Assembly (NCBI GenBank): GCA_963754875.1
Contig: CAVWHO010000008.1
Span: forward strand, 224,001 to 288,000
DNA from: Nitrospirota bacterium
GTDB taxonomy: Bacteria; Nitrospirota; UBA9217
Direction of reading: 5' to 3'
DNA length: 64,000 bases
Shown here: positions 10,238 through 22,300 of the stretch, in pieces
Position numbering within the stretch: the first letter of the stretch is position 1
How the letters are laid out: the number at the start of each line of letters is the position of its first letter
The notes under the pieces: generated by a model
What the model was told of the DNA's origin: nothing
The model's database searches: none
What the model saw: only the letters and a program-made list of their open reading frames with translations
Translations under genes and position numbers: made by a program

Positions 10238-13200
10238 TTACTGTCCGCTGAACCACTTTACCGCATCACGAACGCTCACCTGATCGAACTTGAGCCGCAG
10301 CTTGATAAAGGGCCCCTCGCTCGTGAAGTCGGACTGTCGAGAAATCACGGTCTTTGAAGCCCGAGAAATTGTATCCCACACTGACCCAGATGTTTTTACC
10401 GGCGTTGTAACCAACCGATGCCCCGGTGCCGTATATCATCTGGTCAACGCTCCATGAGTGCATCATGAGCTCCCGCAGACCGATGTCCCACTTCTTCGTG
10501 ACATCGTACCTGGCTTCGAGACCGGTGAGGTCGGTGTATCCCCGGTAGTCGTTCTGGTCGATGGTTTCCTGGACATACTTGGAGCCGTACTGCACCGAGA
10601 CCTGCGTTCTATCGTCTGTCCTAATGTTCGCGACGAAGTTATTGACCAGGCGCCAACTGTTGTCCTCAATACTCCCCCCGCCATGCTGATCGTTGAGAAG
10701 ATAATCGAGGCGGTCGAGGATTATGAAGCGCGTCTCTGCAGGACGGTACGCAAGAGAAAGACGGAGATCGCTGTTCTGCTGCATCAGCCCGCTTACTGCT
10801 GCGCTCCGGAACGCCTGCAGTCCCGCGGCAAGACCCAGCCCTTCCGCACCTCACCGTTGGACCCGACGAACACGCCGAACTTGTCCTCCGACGTCGAAAC
10901 ACGGTCCTCGACCCGCGCTGTCCAGGACCACTTCTCCTCACGGTACCCCACGCCGAGAGAAACTGCGGTAAAGTCTTCCGTCGTGCCGACGGCCGGCGGG
11001 ACGTTGGTGTTGAAGATATACGGGGCGGTGCTGCTATCCGTGCTCACGCTCGTATTGCGGAGCGTCGTGCTGCGGTCCAGGCCCGCGTCAACGCTCCACT
11101 TCTTCGTGATCTGCCAGGACTGCTTCAATCCCGTGGTGGAGAAGAGCCGCATGCCGTTCTCCGTTGACTGCTGTTCCATCGTTGAACCGACCTGGCCGCC
11201 TGTCCACGGCGCTGCCTTGATCCCGATCCGGGAGGTCTCGGTGTCGATGCCCGACCCCTGCGTCCATTCCTGGTCGGCGAAGAACGTGGCGGTGTCGCTC
11301 AGTTTGTAGTCCGCGCCGACCGTCGTCTTTGTCGGGAAATCGACATTGTCGTTTGAGCCGACAGACTGATCACGGCTCACGCGCAGCGCGAGCCGTTCGG
11401 TGAGCTGGTACTTCGCGCTCGCAAAAAACTGGTCGGACCGGTAGGACTGGCCCATGCGTGAGCGTATCTTCCGCGCTGCGCACGCCGGCCAGGAGATCGT
11501 ACTTGCCCGACGTGTATCTGCCGCGAAGTTCCGCCATGTCCCGAACCGCGCCGGTGGCGAGAACATTCTGCTGGAACACTTCCCCGCCTACGGACCAGAG
11601 TTTGTCGAGCCGGTAGTTGAGGTCTGCACCGACCTTTCGCGTGCCCGTTTCGCTGTTGTTCTGCTGGCCGAGACCAAAGCCGCTCGATTGTTCGCGCACG
11701 TAAGCCTTCCCGTCCATCTTTTCGGAGCGGTGGGAAAGTTCTGTCAGGTAGGCGGACCCGTCATTCGCAATCCCGTCTTCATTGGTGTTCGATGTGGCAA
11801 TTTCCGTCTTGATCTGCGTATGCTCGTTCACCTTGACGGTGGCGTCGACACCGGTGAGATGTCCGACGCCTCCATTGTCTTCCTCGTGAATGTGCGTGGC
11901 GCCGATCTCGACTTTGTTGTTCAGCACACGCACGGCGCCGCGGCCGCCGTAGGTATAGGAATCTCCGGATGCGCCGAAAATCTCATACCGGACCACGATG
12001 AAGATGGGGTTAAAGTTCGCATCGGTGTTGAACACCGGGGACTTGAAAAAGATGGTGCCGGTATCGTAGTCGATGGAGTAATCGAGATACCGGGCGAGCG
12101 GCTGAGAAGAGAGGATCACCTCGCTCCGGTACCGGTCTCTCGTTTCTATGACCACCGTTTCCGAATTGAGCACGATGTTCTTCCGCGACAGCTGGTAGAG
12201 ACCGGACGTGCCGTCGCCGGGGATCTCGTCCTTTACAAAGGTCTGGTCGTTCTTGCTCGCGAACAGCGTGTAGTTGAAGTGGTCCGACTTCATCTCCGAT
12301 TTGACGCCGGTCATCTGACGGCTGTACCGGGACAATTCAGTCATCGTCAGGCCCGTGTCATAGTCGCCGAAGAGGGCATAAAACTGGTCGCGTTCGATCT
12401 TGACGTAAAGGGAGCGGGAGCTGGCCGCGTCGTTGCCCTGCAGCGTACCATCGCCGTACAGGGTATAGTACTTGTTCGGATCGATGGTTTGATAGAGGCC
12501 GTTCTGGTCGCTGTGCACCGCGTTTGCTGCTGTCGTAGGCCAGGGTAAGCAGCCACTCGCCCTTGATCCTGCCTTTAGCATAGAAGGCCAGACGATCATC
12601 TTCGAAGTACTTGTCATCGCCTCCCCCGGAGCTAAAGGTCTCCATGTTGCCTTTCACTACATTGTATCCCACCGTGCCTTCGGCGAGACCGACCAGGACC
12701 CAATCCCGGTTTTCAGGCTTGAGCCAGGTGCGGATTTCCTGGGTGGTGCCGTCGGCAACCTGGAAGCGAAGGACTGCTTCACCGGTCTGCGTGGTCGGAA
12801 CAAGCTCGATCATCGCCACGCCGTCATCGCCGATGAGATAGCGGTATCTATCGGTATTCGGGGCGATGAGTGGTGATTGTTGAAGTTCATCAGCGCGCTG
12901 CTGGGGAATATACGGAGGATCGATGAAATAATCGGCCCGAACACCCTCCCGGGCAGGGTGCCCATCCTTATCCAGAAGCTGGACTGCAAGAATTATCGGG
13001 TTTTTGCCGTCCGCAACGAGCTTCGATCTCTCAGGCAACAGTACCGCCTTTACTGGCGGCCCTGAATAGTGTACGGTCCGCTGCAACCTCTTGATCTCGG
13101 AACCGGAACCGTCTGAGAGAACGAGTTCGAATCTGTTGTCCCCCTCCTGTAGATGGATCCCGCGCCAGAAACTGATGGCGACAGTGCCGTCAGATTTTTT

Positions 13201-16200
13201 AATCATCCCTTCATAATGAAGAGGATCCACTACGTCGCCATTCAAAAGGAGCTTCGGTTTCTGGCCCGGATCGTGTTTTATGGCAATTCTCATGCTCGCA
13301 ATATTGGGACGGTAGCCATCAACAGGCCAGAGCCACTCCAGCCCCGGGGCTGCTTTTTCTACCCAGGCCGTATCGTAGTCAGGCATGGTCTTATTGTCAC
13401 CAACTGTGTGCATCGGCTCCGATTGTGGATTCTCCACCCATACTTCGCCTTGCGCCAGGCCGGTGACCGGGACGGTCTTCATTCCGCTCGTTTCCTTGTC
13501 GTTGCGGATATAGGTCCAGGCGGAATCCTTGCGGGTGTCGACTCTGAACTCCACGCGGCGGTTCTGCGCCCGTCCTTCTGCGGTCCTGTTTGTCGCAATC
13601 GGATCGTCAGGTCCCTTCCCGACGATCGTGATCTGATCCGGGGCGAGCCGGAGGGCCTCGGCAATGACCTTGGCGACCGTCTTGGCGCGGCTTCGCGACA
13701 GCGCGTAATTATCCGGAAACTCCTTGCTGGCCCCGGGCCGGATAGCGTTGGAATCGGTATGACCGGTAACGGTGATATGCTCGATCTTTCTTGATTTCAA
13801 TTGTTCAACGATCTTTTCTATTTCCTTCCGGTCGCTTTGGGACAGGTCCGCCTTCAGCGTAGTCGAACTTGGGATGGAACACGGCGTCGGGTTCACTCAT
13901 CTGACGCTTCAGCTATAGCGGACAAGGTTCGTGTCAGCCACGGGCGTCTTCACTCCTTTTGCCGCCGGAGTGTCGAAAACCAGGAACGCCTTCGTGGACA
14001 GATTTCCCTCAACGCCCTGCGCCGGCGCTGTCGCGAGGAACACGACGGACCCCTCCCAGCCGGCGGGCCGCTCGCCCAGACGGTAGGTCAGGACGCCGTC
14101 GCCGAGGTCAGGATCAGGGACCCGGCCGTCATTCAGACAGCTGCTTCCCGCCGCGTACGTTACGCCGTCCGGCATCATCACGATCAGCCGGAGATTCCGC
14201 ACAGGGACCGCTCCCACATGCAGGTTGGCCGCGTAGGCGACGGTGTATTGGCCGTTCGCGTCCGGGAGACAGCAATTCTCATGCACGAAGGGCACCATGG
14301 CCGCATAGTCGTTATGGCCGTTCACGTCCGGCCTCGCGGTCCCGGTCTGGACCGTGGCCGGGGAATTCTTCTTCAGTTCGCCGAAGCAATGCGCGCCGAA
14401 GGTCCACGTCAGGGCCGTAGCCAGGGAAGCCCCCGGCTCAGCGTCGGCATGGTTGATCGACCCGGTCTGGGTCGTGACCAGGGAAGTCCGCAGCTCAAGG
14501 CCGACCTCGCCGGTCTGCTTCGCCTTCGGAGGGCGGGGCGCAAGATGGAAATCGGCCCTCCACAGCGACCCGCCCTGCAGGTCCACGAACTGCGAAAATG
14601 GCCGAGCCCGCAAACCGGGTGTTGTCCTCGCACTGTTCAGGCTCATATTGCTCGGGCACGTGACCCGTATCGAGCTGCACCACGTGGGTCCCGGCCTGAA
14701 CAGCCGCGAAGTGGTACATCCCGTTCTTGTCGGTCACGACATAGGACCCGTCCTCGAGGAAAATGCGGACCCCCGCGATGCCGCGCCCGTTGTCGCCGCA
14801 GCCTTCGAGGACTCGGCCGACAATGGTCGTTTTGCTCATAAAGAGGTCCTCGGTCACCAGCACCGTGGCCGCGGCCGTGTTGGATACCGCGCCGAGCGAG
14901 CCGCTGGCCACGGCCGTGTTGACGGCCTTTCCGAGGCTCGCCCCCGCGCCCACCTCGGCCACGTAGGTGATGACCGCTTGTCCCGCAGCAACGAGATCGC
15001 CGACGCATAAAGGTGAGGCTCCGGCCGTCTGCGGAGATCGCGGGATCGGGTCCCGGCACGCTGTTCAGCCGCACTGAACCCTTACGGTACCGGAAGCCCA
15101 CCGGCAACCGGTCGGTAATGGTCACTCCCGGCGCCGGTGCGCTGTTATCAATGTTCTCCACCGTGAGCTGATAGGGAACAAAGTCTCCGATCGCCGCAGA
15201 GTCCTTTGCTGCGGACTTTGATCAGGTAGAGCCGCGAGCTTATCGGGTCCGCGGGAATGTCGATATGGATCGCGGGACCGGCGTTCACCACGAACTGCTC
15301 GTCCCGCGACCCGGGGTCCACAATGGCAAAGGGCCCGCCCGACAGGGCCTGCAATGCGGCCGTGGCAACGGTGGAGGGCGCCCGGTATCCCGCGGGCGGC
15401 CGGACGTCGAGACGATAGTTTCCCGGCTTGATGAACGGGAAACGGTATCCGCCCGGCGACATAGGAATAGACCTTTCCGCTGCTGTCCACGGCCGTTCCG
15501 CCGGTGGTCACGTGGCCGGGAAGGTCGCGACACCGTCATCGCCGTACACGCTGGCCGGACCGCCCGTGGACGACGTCCACGAGGGTGACGGTAAGCGCCG
15601 TCAACAGGCTGGCCTGTCGAGCTGTTGAACACGATGCCGTAGGGATCGACCAGCGCTGCGATGGAATGCGTGTCCGTCGGGTCCACGGCATCGGTGTAGG
15701 AGGCCGTAACGCGCGAGTCGTTCACCATGTTCAGAAGACCGTTGTTGCTCGCGACGGGTTGGGAACTGGACTGTATAAAGCCGATGAACACGCCGGTGTT
15801 CGGCCCGGTCTCCGTGAGACGCAGCACTTCCGTGTCCCCGGTCTTGTCGTCGTGGACGGTCACCACGACCGTTTCCGCGACGGCGGGATCGTTGTTCTGG
15901 TCTCCGTCGGTCAGGCGTATGAAGACCGGCTCGCCCGCGTGATACTGCGTCGCCGGGACGAGCGGTACCGTGCTGGGTGAGATCGATGGGCGCGGTAGAT
16001 CCTGCAGGAACCGGCGCGCCTAGAGGCACGAAAGGGTCCGGCCAGGCTTCCGCTGGGACTGTAGGACGTCGGCGGGACCGGAACGAGCTGCGCGCCGGGC
16101 GTCGTCGGGCGCGTACTGGAGGAATTCAATGACCGCTGTGGTCCGCTGGACCGTGGTCGTCACCGATACGGTGTTCGACGCTGCGGTCACAAGACTCCCA

Positions 16201-16436
16201 GCGAAGCCATTGGTATACGTTGCATTCGCGATGTTGCTGATGATCGTGCCGGATGGCGTGATCGACCATCCGGCGGATGAAAACAGATGGATGAATAGGA
16301 ATGATAACAGAAAAATAACGAGGAAAGAAGAAACAGGGACCGCTCCGGCACGCGGACGCACCACGGCCGTGGCTTCACCCGGACGGATGCAGCCCTCGCC
16401 GTTTCTTGCGCGATATGTGTTGAAGCAGTCCCTCAT
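10238..16436 (-). CDS. Giant outer-membrane protein (signal peptide, DUF11/SdrB-like domains, OmpA-like peptidoglycan-binding domain, C-terminal beta-barrel), split by about a dozen frameshifts
   Basis: Consecutive ORF fragments join into one protein of ~2000 aa: DUF11 (ITDRLP...AVNTAVA), OmpA (GHTDS...RAQNRRVE), amphipathic beta strands; reconstructed end IKLRLKFDQVSVRDAVKWFSGQ with stop at 10238. Confidence 0.8.
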
Positions 16437-16448
16437 AAAGTATCAATC

Positions 16449-16473
16449 TCCCCGCCCCTCATCAGGGCGGGGA
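16449..16473 (-). terminator. Intergenic stem-loop after the putative major subunit gene (mRNA stabiliser or partial terminator)
   Basis: tccccgccc (16449-57) / gggcgggga (16465-73) 9-bp stem; no U-run. Confidence 0.5.
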
Positions 16474-16486
16474 ATATCACATCTCC

Positions 16487-17590
16487 TTATTGGATAACAA
16501 CCTGATATTTGATTGTGGCGGTAGTTCCTTGAGCAACGGTGAGGCCGGAAACCGTCATTTTGCCCGCAGTAAAATCAGCGCCATCAGCATCACTTGCGTT
16601 CGTTTTGCAAACATTATTCACGACGATACCCGACCCTGCAGCACACGGGCTGGTACCGTCATTAAACTGGGTGTTAAAGGCGATATACCCATTGGGGGCA
16701 TTAATCATAGCACTCAAGTCGTCCGTGATTACAACATTGGTCGCGTCAGCAGCGCCTAATGCGTTGGATACTGTTACGGTGTACGTGACAACTGCTCCAG
16801 GTATCGCCTTGGGGTTCCCGCCTGTACTTGTAGAACCGCTTATGGGGTCCGAATACACAGTAGCCGTCTTGTTTATGGTCAAGCCTGCGGCGGTAACTGT
16901 AAAGCGTCCGCTTGCGGAATGTTTTCCGTCGTGCAGCCCGTCACCAGTAGCGGTCCCTGCTGCGTCGCCGAATATCGTCATTACAACATTGAGATTGGCG
17001 GACTTGAGCCCGGCAGTCTGGGTAGAGGGGGTCAAGGTCCCCGCATCGACCGCTGTTGCCAGGAGGTCGTAATCCGTATATTGAGCATTTGTAGCGGTGG
17101 CCGGTATGTCACCGACGACCAGTACGGTGAAGGTTGCGCCTGACGCGATGTCACCGAAGGTGCTGGCATCAGTGTACAGTGTATCGCCGGCGTCGTATTG
17201 GCCGTTACTGTTGTTATCACGATAAATCTTCGCACCGGTCAAAGACCATGTGTTTGTCGACTTCGACACGGGTGACAGCGCAAAACGCATGGCCGTGTTG
17301 CTGCTATTTGTCACGAGGAACTGGATCGCCTGGTAGGTTGAGCTCGGGGCGCTGGTCACGTCGCTTTGTTTCGTGACGGTCAAGTAGATCACTCTGTCAA
17401 CCATGAAGGTGACGGTGTTCCCCAGCACCGCGGTTTGCGCTACCGTGCCGACCGTATAATTCACTGTTGCCTGGTTCGAGATGGAGACCCCTGCGGCCGT
17501 GTTCGCGGCCTGCGCGAACTTCGGGACCGCCAGGGCAATCGCCGCGAACAGCACTATTGCCGCTATCCTATACATACTTTGCTTCTTCAT
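16487..17590 (-). CDS. Secreted DUF11-domain pilin-like protein (putative major subunit)
   Basis: ATG 17590 with GGAGG RBS; signal peptide ending AQA; Ca-binding-like DNNSNGQYDAGD; C-terminal DUF11 (INKT..IPGAVVTYTV..ITDDL); paralogue of 18283..19332. Confidence 0.8.
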   Translation of the reverse strand: MKKQSMYRIAAIVLFAAIALAVPKFAQAANTAAGVSISNQATVNYTVGTVAQTAVLGNTVTFMVDRVIYLTVTKQSDVTSAPSSTYQAIQFLVTNSSNTAMRFALSPVSKSTNTWSLTGAKIYRDNNSNGQYDAGDTLYTDASTFGDIASGATFTVLVVGDIPATATNAQYTDYDLLATAVDAGTLTPSTQTAGLKSANLNVVMTIFGDAAGTATGDGLHDGKHSASGRFTVTAAGLTINKTATVYSDPISGSTSTGGNPKAIPGAVVTYTVTVSNALGAADATNVVITDDLSAMINAPNGYIAFNTQFNDGTSPCAAGSGIVVNNVCKTNASDADGADFTAGKMTVSGLTVAQGTTATIKYQVVIQ

Positions 17591-17769
17591 TGTTTCCTCC
17601 TTGTTTTTTAAATACGGTAATGTAAATTGTTTCAAATTATCGTTCTCAACATGTCAGGTTTCCTTTCCACATCCTAAGAATCATTCGCATAATACGTCTC
17701 CGCTCTTATGTCCTTGAAAAGCAATTTCCGTTTTTCCATGATCATATCCTCCAAATTGAATTTAATCGT

Positions 17770-18270
17770 CTACTTAATCTTGGCCTTGAAAGAAACACTG
17801 CCCGAACCTCCTGCGGGGAGCGGCCTGGTCAGTGTCCACCTGATGCCGTTGTAGTCTTCCGCTCTGGCCTGGCGCACCATTCCCTGGGCGTTCTTGATTA
17901 TCAGTTTCTCCGGCGCGTTGTAGGTCTTCCCGCCGTCCGTTGAAAACTCGATGCGGGTGTTGTTCCCTTCCGCGCTGCCGTCGAGATAGGTCATATGCTC
18001 GTCAATGGGATTGGTGATTACAATGCCGTCGGCGGGCCGCTTTCCGGTGTTGGTATAGTGCGTCGTAAAGATCACCGTGTCTCCCGGCACCGTCGTCGCT
18101 TTCGCGACATCTACCCGTTTAACTAACTTCTCCCCTTTTTGGTTTTTCTCCGCAACCTCGACTTGCGCGACAGACTTGAGCACTATTGCCCCTTTCTGCT
18201 GCGCCCACGCCGCCATCGGCGCCAATAGCGCCAGCGTCAAAACCACCTGTAATATTTTTTTCATCGTCAT
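17770..18270 (-). CDS. Small secreted single-DUF11 protein
   Basis: Signal peptide ending AWA; VPGDTVIFTTHYTNTG..VITNPID..VSFKAKIK. Confidence 0.8.
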   Translation of the reverse strand: MTMKKILQVVLTLALLAPMAAWAQQKGAIVLKSVAQVEVAEKNQKGEKLVKRVDVAKATTVPGDTVIFTTHYTNTGKRPADGIVITNPIDEHMTYLDGSAEGNNTRIEFSTDGGKTYNAPEKLIIKNAQGMVRQARAEDYNGIRWTLTRPLPAGGSGSVSFKAKIK

Positions 18271-18282
18271 CTCCTCCCTCGT

Positions 18283-19332
18283 CTATTTGATCTTCACATC
18301 AAAAGTTATCGTCTGTACTGGCGAAGCGTTCGTCAGATCGCCAAGTTTTACGGTCACCGTATTGGTCGTTGTGACTCCCACGTCCCCGGCGTCCGTGTCC
18401 GCCGCGTCGGTGAGGGCCGTGTTGTTCAGCCGGAGCGAATTAGCGATATATGTCGTGTTCACCGGCAGCGGATCGCTGATCACGACGTTTGTGGCTGTCC
18501 CGCCGCCCGTTGTCGTTGCCCCGATCGTGTACCGGAGTGTCGCTCCCGGGATGGGCTGGTTTCCGCCCCATTGGTCAAGGATTGTTACGGTCTTATTCAC
18601 GTTCACTTTCAATGCCGCGGTGGTCACGGTAAAGGTAGCGGCCGCGGAGTGTTTTCCGTCCCGCGCCCCGTCGCCGGGGGCGCTTCCCGCAGCGTCCAGA
18701 AACACCGTGTCCACTCCCGCGGTGTCGGGCCCGCTGGTCGGGGTGGAAACATTCAAGGTGCCCGCATCGACCGCCGTTGCCGCAAGGTCGTATGCTGCAG
18801 TCTCTCCGACCGTCAGGCCCGAAGGCGTATCGGCGACAATCAATACGGTTATCGATGCGCCGGTCGCAACGTCTCCAAAAGTGCCTGCGTCCGCATAGAG
18901 GGTGTCTCCCGCGTCCCAGGTGCCGCTGCTGTTATTGTCGCGAAAGATGCGCACATTGCTCATCGTCCACGTGTTCGTAGCCTTCGACACGGCCGCAAAG
19001 GAGAAACGCACGGCCGTATTGCTCATATTGGAGACGAGGAACGACACAGCCATGTTGTTCGAGGCCGGCGAGGTATTCACATCGGCGTTCTTGGTCACGA
19101 CCACGTTGACCACCCGGTCAACCATGAAACTGGTGGTCACGGACGTCGCGGAGCTTCCAACGCCGCCGAGAGTATACCTCACGGATGCAGTGTTCGTGAC
19201 AGCCGTGCCCGCGGCCGTGCCCGCGGCCAGGGCGTTGCCGGACGTGAACAGACACCCGATGAGGAATGCGACGATCGCCCAAAGGGTGCGCAATCTGGAT
19301 GCCCCTTTATTGTTGTGCGGAGTAGAATTCAT
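18283..19332 (-). CDS. Secreted DUF11-domain pilin-like protein (second paralogue)
   Basis: ATG 19332 with GAGGA RBS; signal peptide ending ALA; RDNNSSGTWDAGD; C-terminal DUF11 (VNKT..IPGATLRYTI..ISDPLP). Confidence 0.8.
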   Translation of the reverse strand: MNSTPHNNKGASRLRTLWAIVAFLIGCLFTSGNALAAGTAAGTAVTNTASVRYTLGGVGSSATSVTTSFMVDRVVNVVVTKNADVNTSPASNNMAVSFLVSNMSNTAVRFSFAAVSKATNTWTMSNVRIFRDNNSSGTWDAGDTLYADAGTFGDVATGASITVLIVADTPSGLTVGETAAYDLAATAVDAGTLNVSTPTSGPDTAGVDTVFLDAAGSAPGDGARDGKHSAAATFTVTTAALKVNVNKTVTILDQWGGNQPIPGATLRYTIGATTTGGGTATNVVISDPLPVNTTYIANSLRLNNTALTDAADTDAGDVGVTTTNTVTVKLGDLTNASPVQTITFDVKIK

Positions 19333-19370
19333 TCGGTCCTCAGTCACGAACAGCTGTCCACAAGATCTTC

Positions 19371-22300
19371 TCAATTGAGCTGCACCCTGAATTTGACGGT
19401 AAAGTTGGCATTGCCGCCGTTCAATGTCCCTTCAGGATTGATACAGAGACCCTTCACATTTGCGTCAAAATTGCCCGTCGGCGAGTAGGTGAAGTTGCCG
19501 CATGCATTGGGCGGAGCCAGAACCGCAGGAAGCGGATACGTAGTTGTATATTTCACGTCGCTTCCGTAACTGAACGTAAGTCCGCAGGCCGGCGACGCGC
19601 TGCACGAAAATAAGACGGGATCGCCGGAGACCGTGGAGACATACAGGGTCGTATTCGTGGGAATGGGGTCCGTAACAACGACGGAACTGCCGTCCGCGAC
19701 GCCGGTCCCGCTGTTCGTCACGGTTACGGTATATTCCAACACGGCGCCGGGGATGGCCCTTGCGCTGGTCGTTACCCCGCTGACGGGATCGGAGATGACC
19801 TGCACGGACTTCAGGACCATGATGTTCGGCATCAGCCCAACTCGGAACGTGCCGGTCCCAAGGTCCGAGATGGTACCTTCCGTTCCCTCGTTGGCGGTGA
19901 CGTTCACTGTCCAATAGCCGGTCGGGCCTGCTGCGGGTACGGTGTAGGCATACTCGTAGGTTTTGGTGCCCGTGGTAGAGGTAACGATGTTCGTCAGCGT
20001 TACTGCGCTCACGATGGCATTGTTGTTCGGGTCCTTGATCGTGATCTTCGTCGAGGAGATGTCGAAGGCACCGAAGGGATCGCTCACAGCTGTCCGCACA
20101 TAAACGGTCTGTCCGCCGATGTAGAAGCCGGAGACCGGGGTAGTCACGGCCGGATAGGCCGCACTGTAAGCGTTGACGCTGTTCACGCCGATCACGTTCT
20201 GAGAGGGCAGACTGACATTGGAAATGTTGCCACCGTTGGCCGGGGTAACGTTCACTCTGCGCGTGGTGCTTGCGGCACCGCTATTGGTGACTCTCAATAC
20301 CCAGGAGTTGCCCGTCGCGCAGGACATCGCAGAGGTCAGGGGCAGATTGAAGGGATAGGATGTCACCGTCCCCGTGAGAGCGAGGGTCCGGGACTGCGTT
20401 ATCAGCGTTCCCGGCGTCGCGGAACAAAACAGATCGACGATTACGGTGTAATTGTTACTGCTGTTGGTCGAGAGATTGAGGGATACCGGCACAGTGGCGC
20501 CGACAGCCGGGGAGATCGTGACCGGGGAGGCCAGGACTGGCAGTTCGGTCCAGCTTTGCGACGAACCCCTGTTGATCGCGACCAGCGGAGGCGCTCCCGG
20601 GGTAGGCGTTCTCGAAAGTGAGTAAGTCGGCGCGCTGTAAAGATACAGCGGCTTGCTGCCCGTCTGAGCAATGGACGAGGCCGACACCGTGATCGTCGGC
20701 GCTGCGGGCGCTGCGCCCGGACCTCCGGGGTTCGTGATCATTGCAGTATTGTCGATCGACGTGCCCGCTACGGTCCCGCCTGCTATCGTAGCAGATACGA
20801 CAATCGGGACATTCCCGTCCGCAGGGACCGATATGTTGGAAACCGTGAGCACTTGACCCGCAATATTGCACATCGCGCCCGAGGGACAGCTTGCTAATAA
20901 ACCCGTCAGCGTTGTAGGAAAGGTGTCCGTCACCGAAACTCCCGGGGCTGCCATGTGACCCGTCTCCTTCAGCATGATCGTGTACTGAATTACGTCTCCC
21001 GGGTTCTGGTCGCCGCCGTTGAGGTCTATCCATGTTTTTGTCGAAGTGGAAAGATCGGAGGGGACGGAAACGCTCACCGTGGCGCTGTCGTCGCTGGAGT
21101 TGTAGTCCGTAATTGCGCCCGGGACGACGAGGCTTGCGGTATTGCTGAGCAGGCTGGGAGCGCCAGCGCCCACGGTCCCGTTGATCGTATAGGTGACATA
21201 TCCGTTCTTGGGGAGGTTGGCGGTGGTATTGATGGCATTCCCGCTCCCCGAGGCCGCCCCGCAGGTTCCGCCTCCCGATCCCGCGCAGGTCCAGGCGACG
21301 CCGGTTATGGCCGCCGGCACGGTATCGAGTATGCCGACGCCGGTCGCCGTCACGTTGTTGGGGCCCGTATTGCTGGCGATGACGGTATAGCGGATCTGGT
21401 CGCCCACCGAAGCTGTTGTCGTCGATCCGGTCGTAATGTCCAAGAACGTCTTGGTGATCGCGAGGTCGATCGCCGAGGTCGTGTTCTGGTCGGTCACGAT
21501 CAGGTTGCGGATCTCGTGATAGTTGGTGGATCCTCCGGTGCTGGCGGCATAGCCGATCTTAAGCTGCTGCGTTGTCGTGATCGCCGGGAGCGCCTGGTTG
21601 GTGATCATCTGGGTAAAAACAAGCGGAGAGCTGTAACCGAATGAGACCCAGACATTGGCGACGGGATTGGGCGCCGGGCTGATCTGGATGCGCACATGGC
21701 GGTAATTCGGGCCGGTCTGAGAAGGTCTTGGCGAGCCGTTGAACCACAGCAGGCCGTTGTTAGCAGAGGTGGCGATCCAGGGATAGGACGCGGCTGACAG
21801 CGTTTGCCCAATGGCCCCTGCACCAAAACCGACCACGGAGCCCCGAAGCGTGATAGTATTTGGGACTGTATTGCTGTTGCCGTAGGCGCTGAGATACCGT
21901 CCTTCGCCGCAGTCGGCGAAATTACCGTATTCATCCACGCCGATCCCGATATAGCCGCCGCTGATCCCGGGAACATTTGAAGGAGCGGGGTTGCCGCAGG
22001 GACTGGTCGTCAGTTTCTGAGCATAACCAAGAGAGCCGCCGAAGGCGCCGATATTGAAGGCACCCACATTCGCGTCGAAGAGATAGACGCTGTAGCCGTC
22101 TGCGCCGGTCCCCCCCCAAGTGGCGTAATCAAACTCGACAAGGAGCCCAGCACTCAGGTCAAAGGCCGTGGTGTTGTAGGCAAACCCGGTCTGGTTGCCC
22201 GTATTGTTCGTCAGGCGCAGCCATCCCTGTCCCACCGGATCAATGGCGCCGCTTCCCGTCAGAATGGTGCCCCCCCCAAGGGTCCAGCCCGCGCTGTTCG

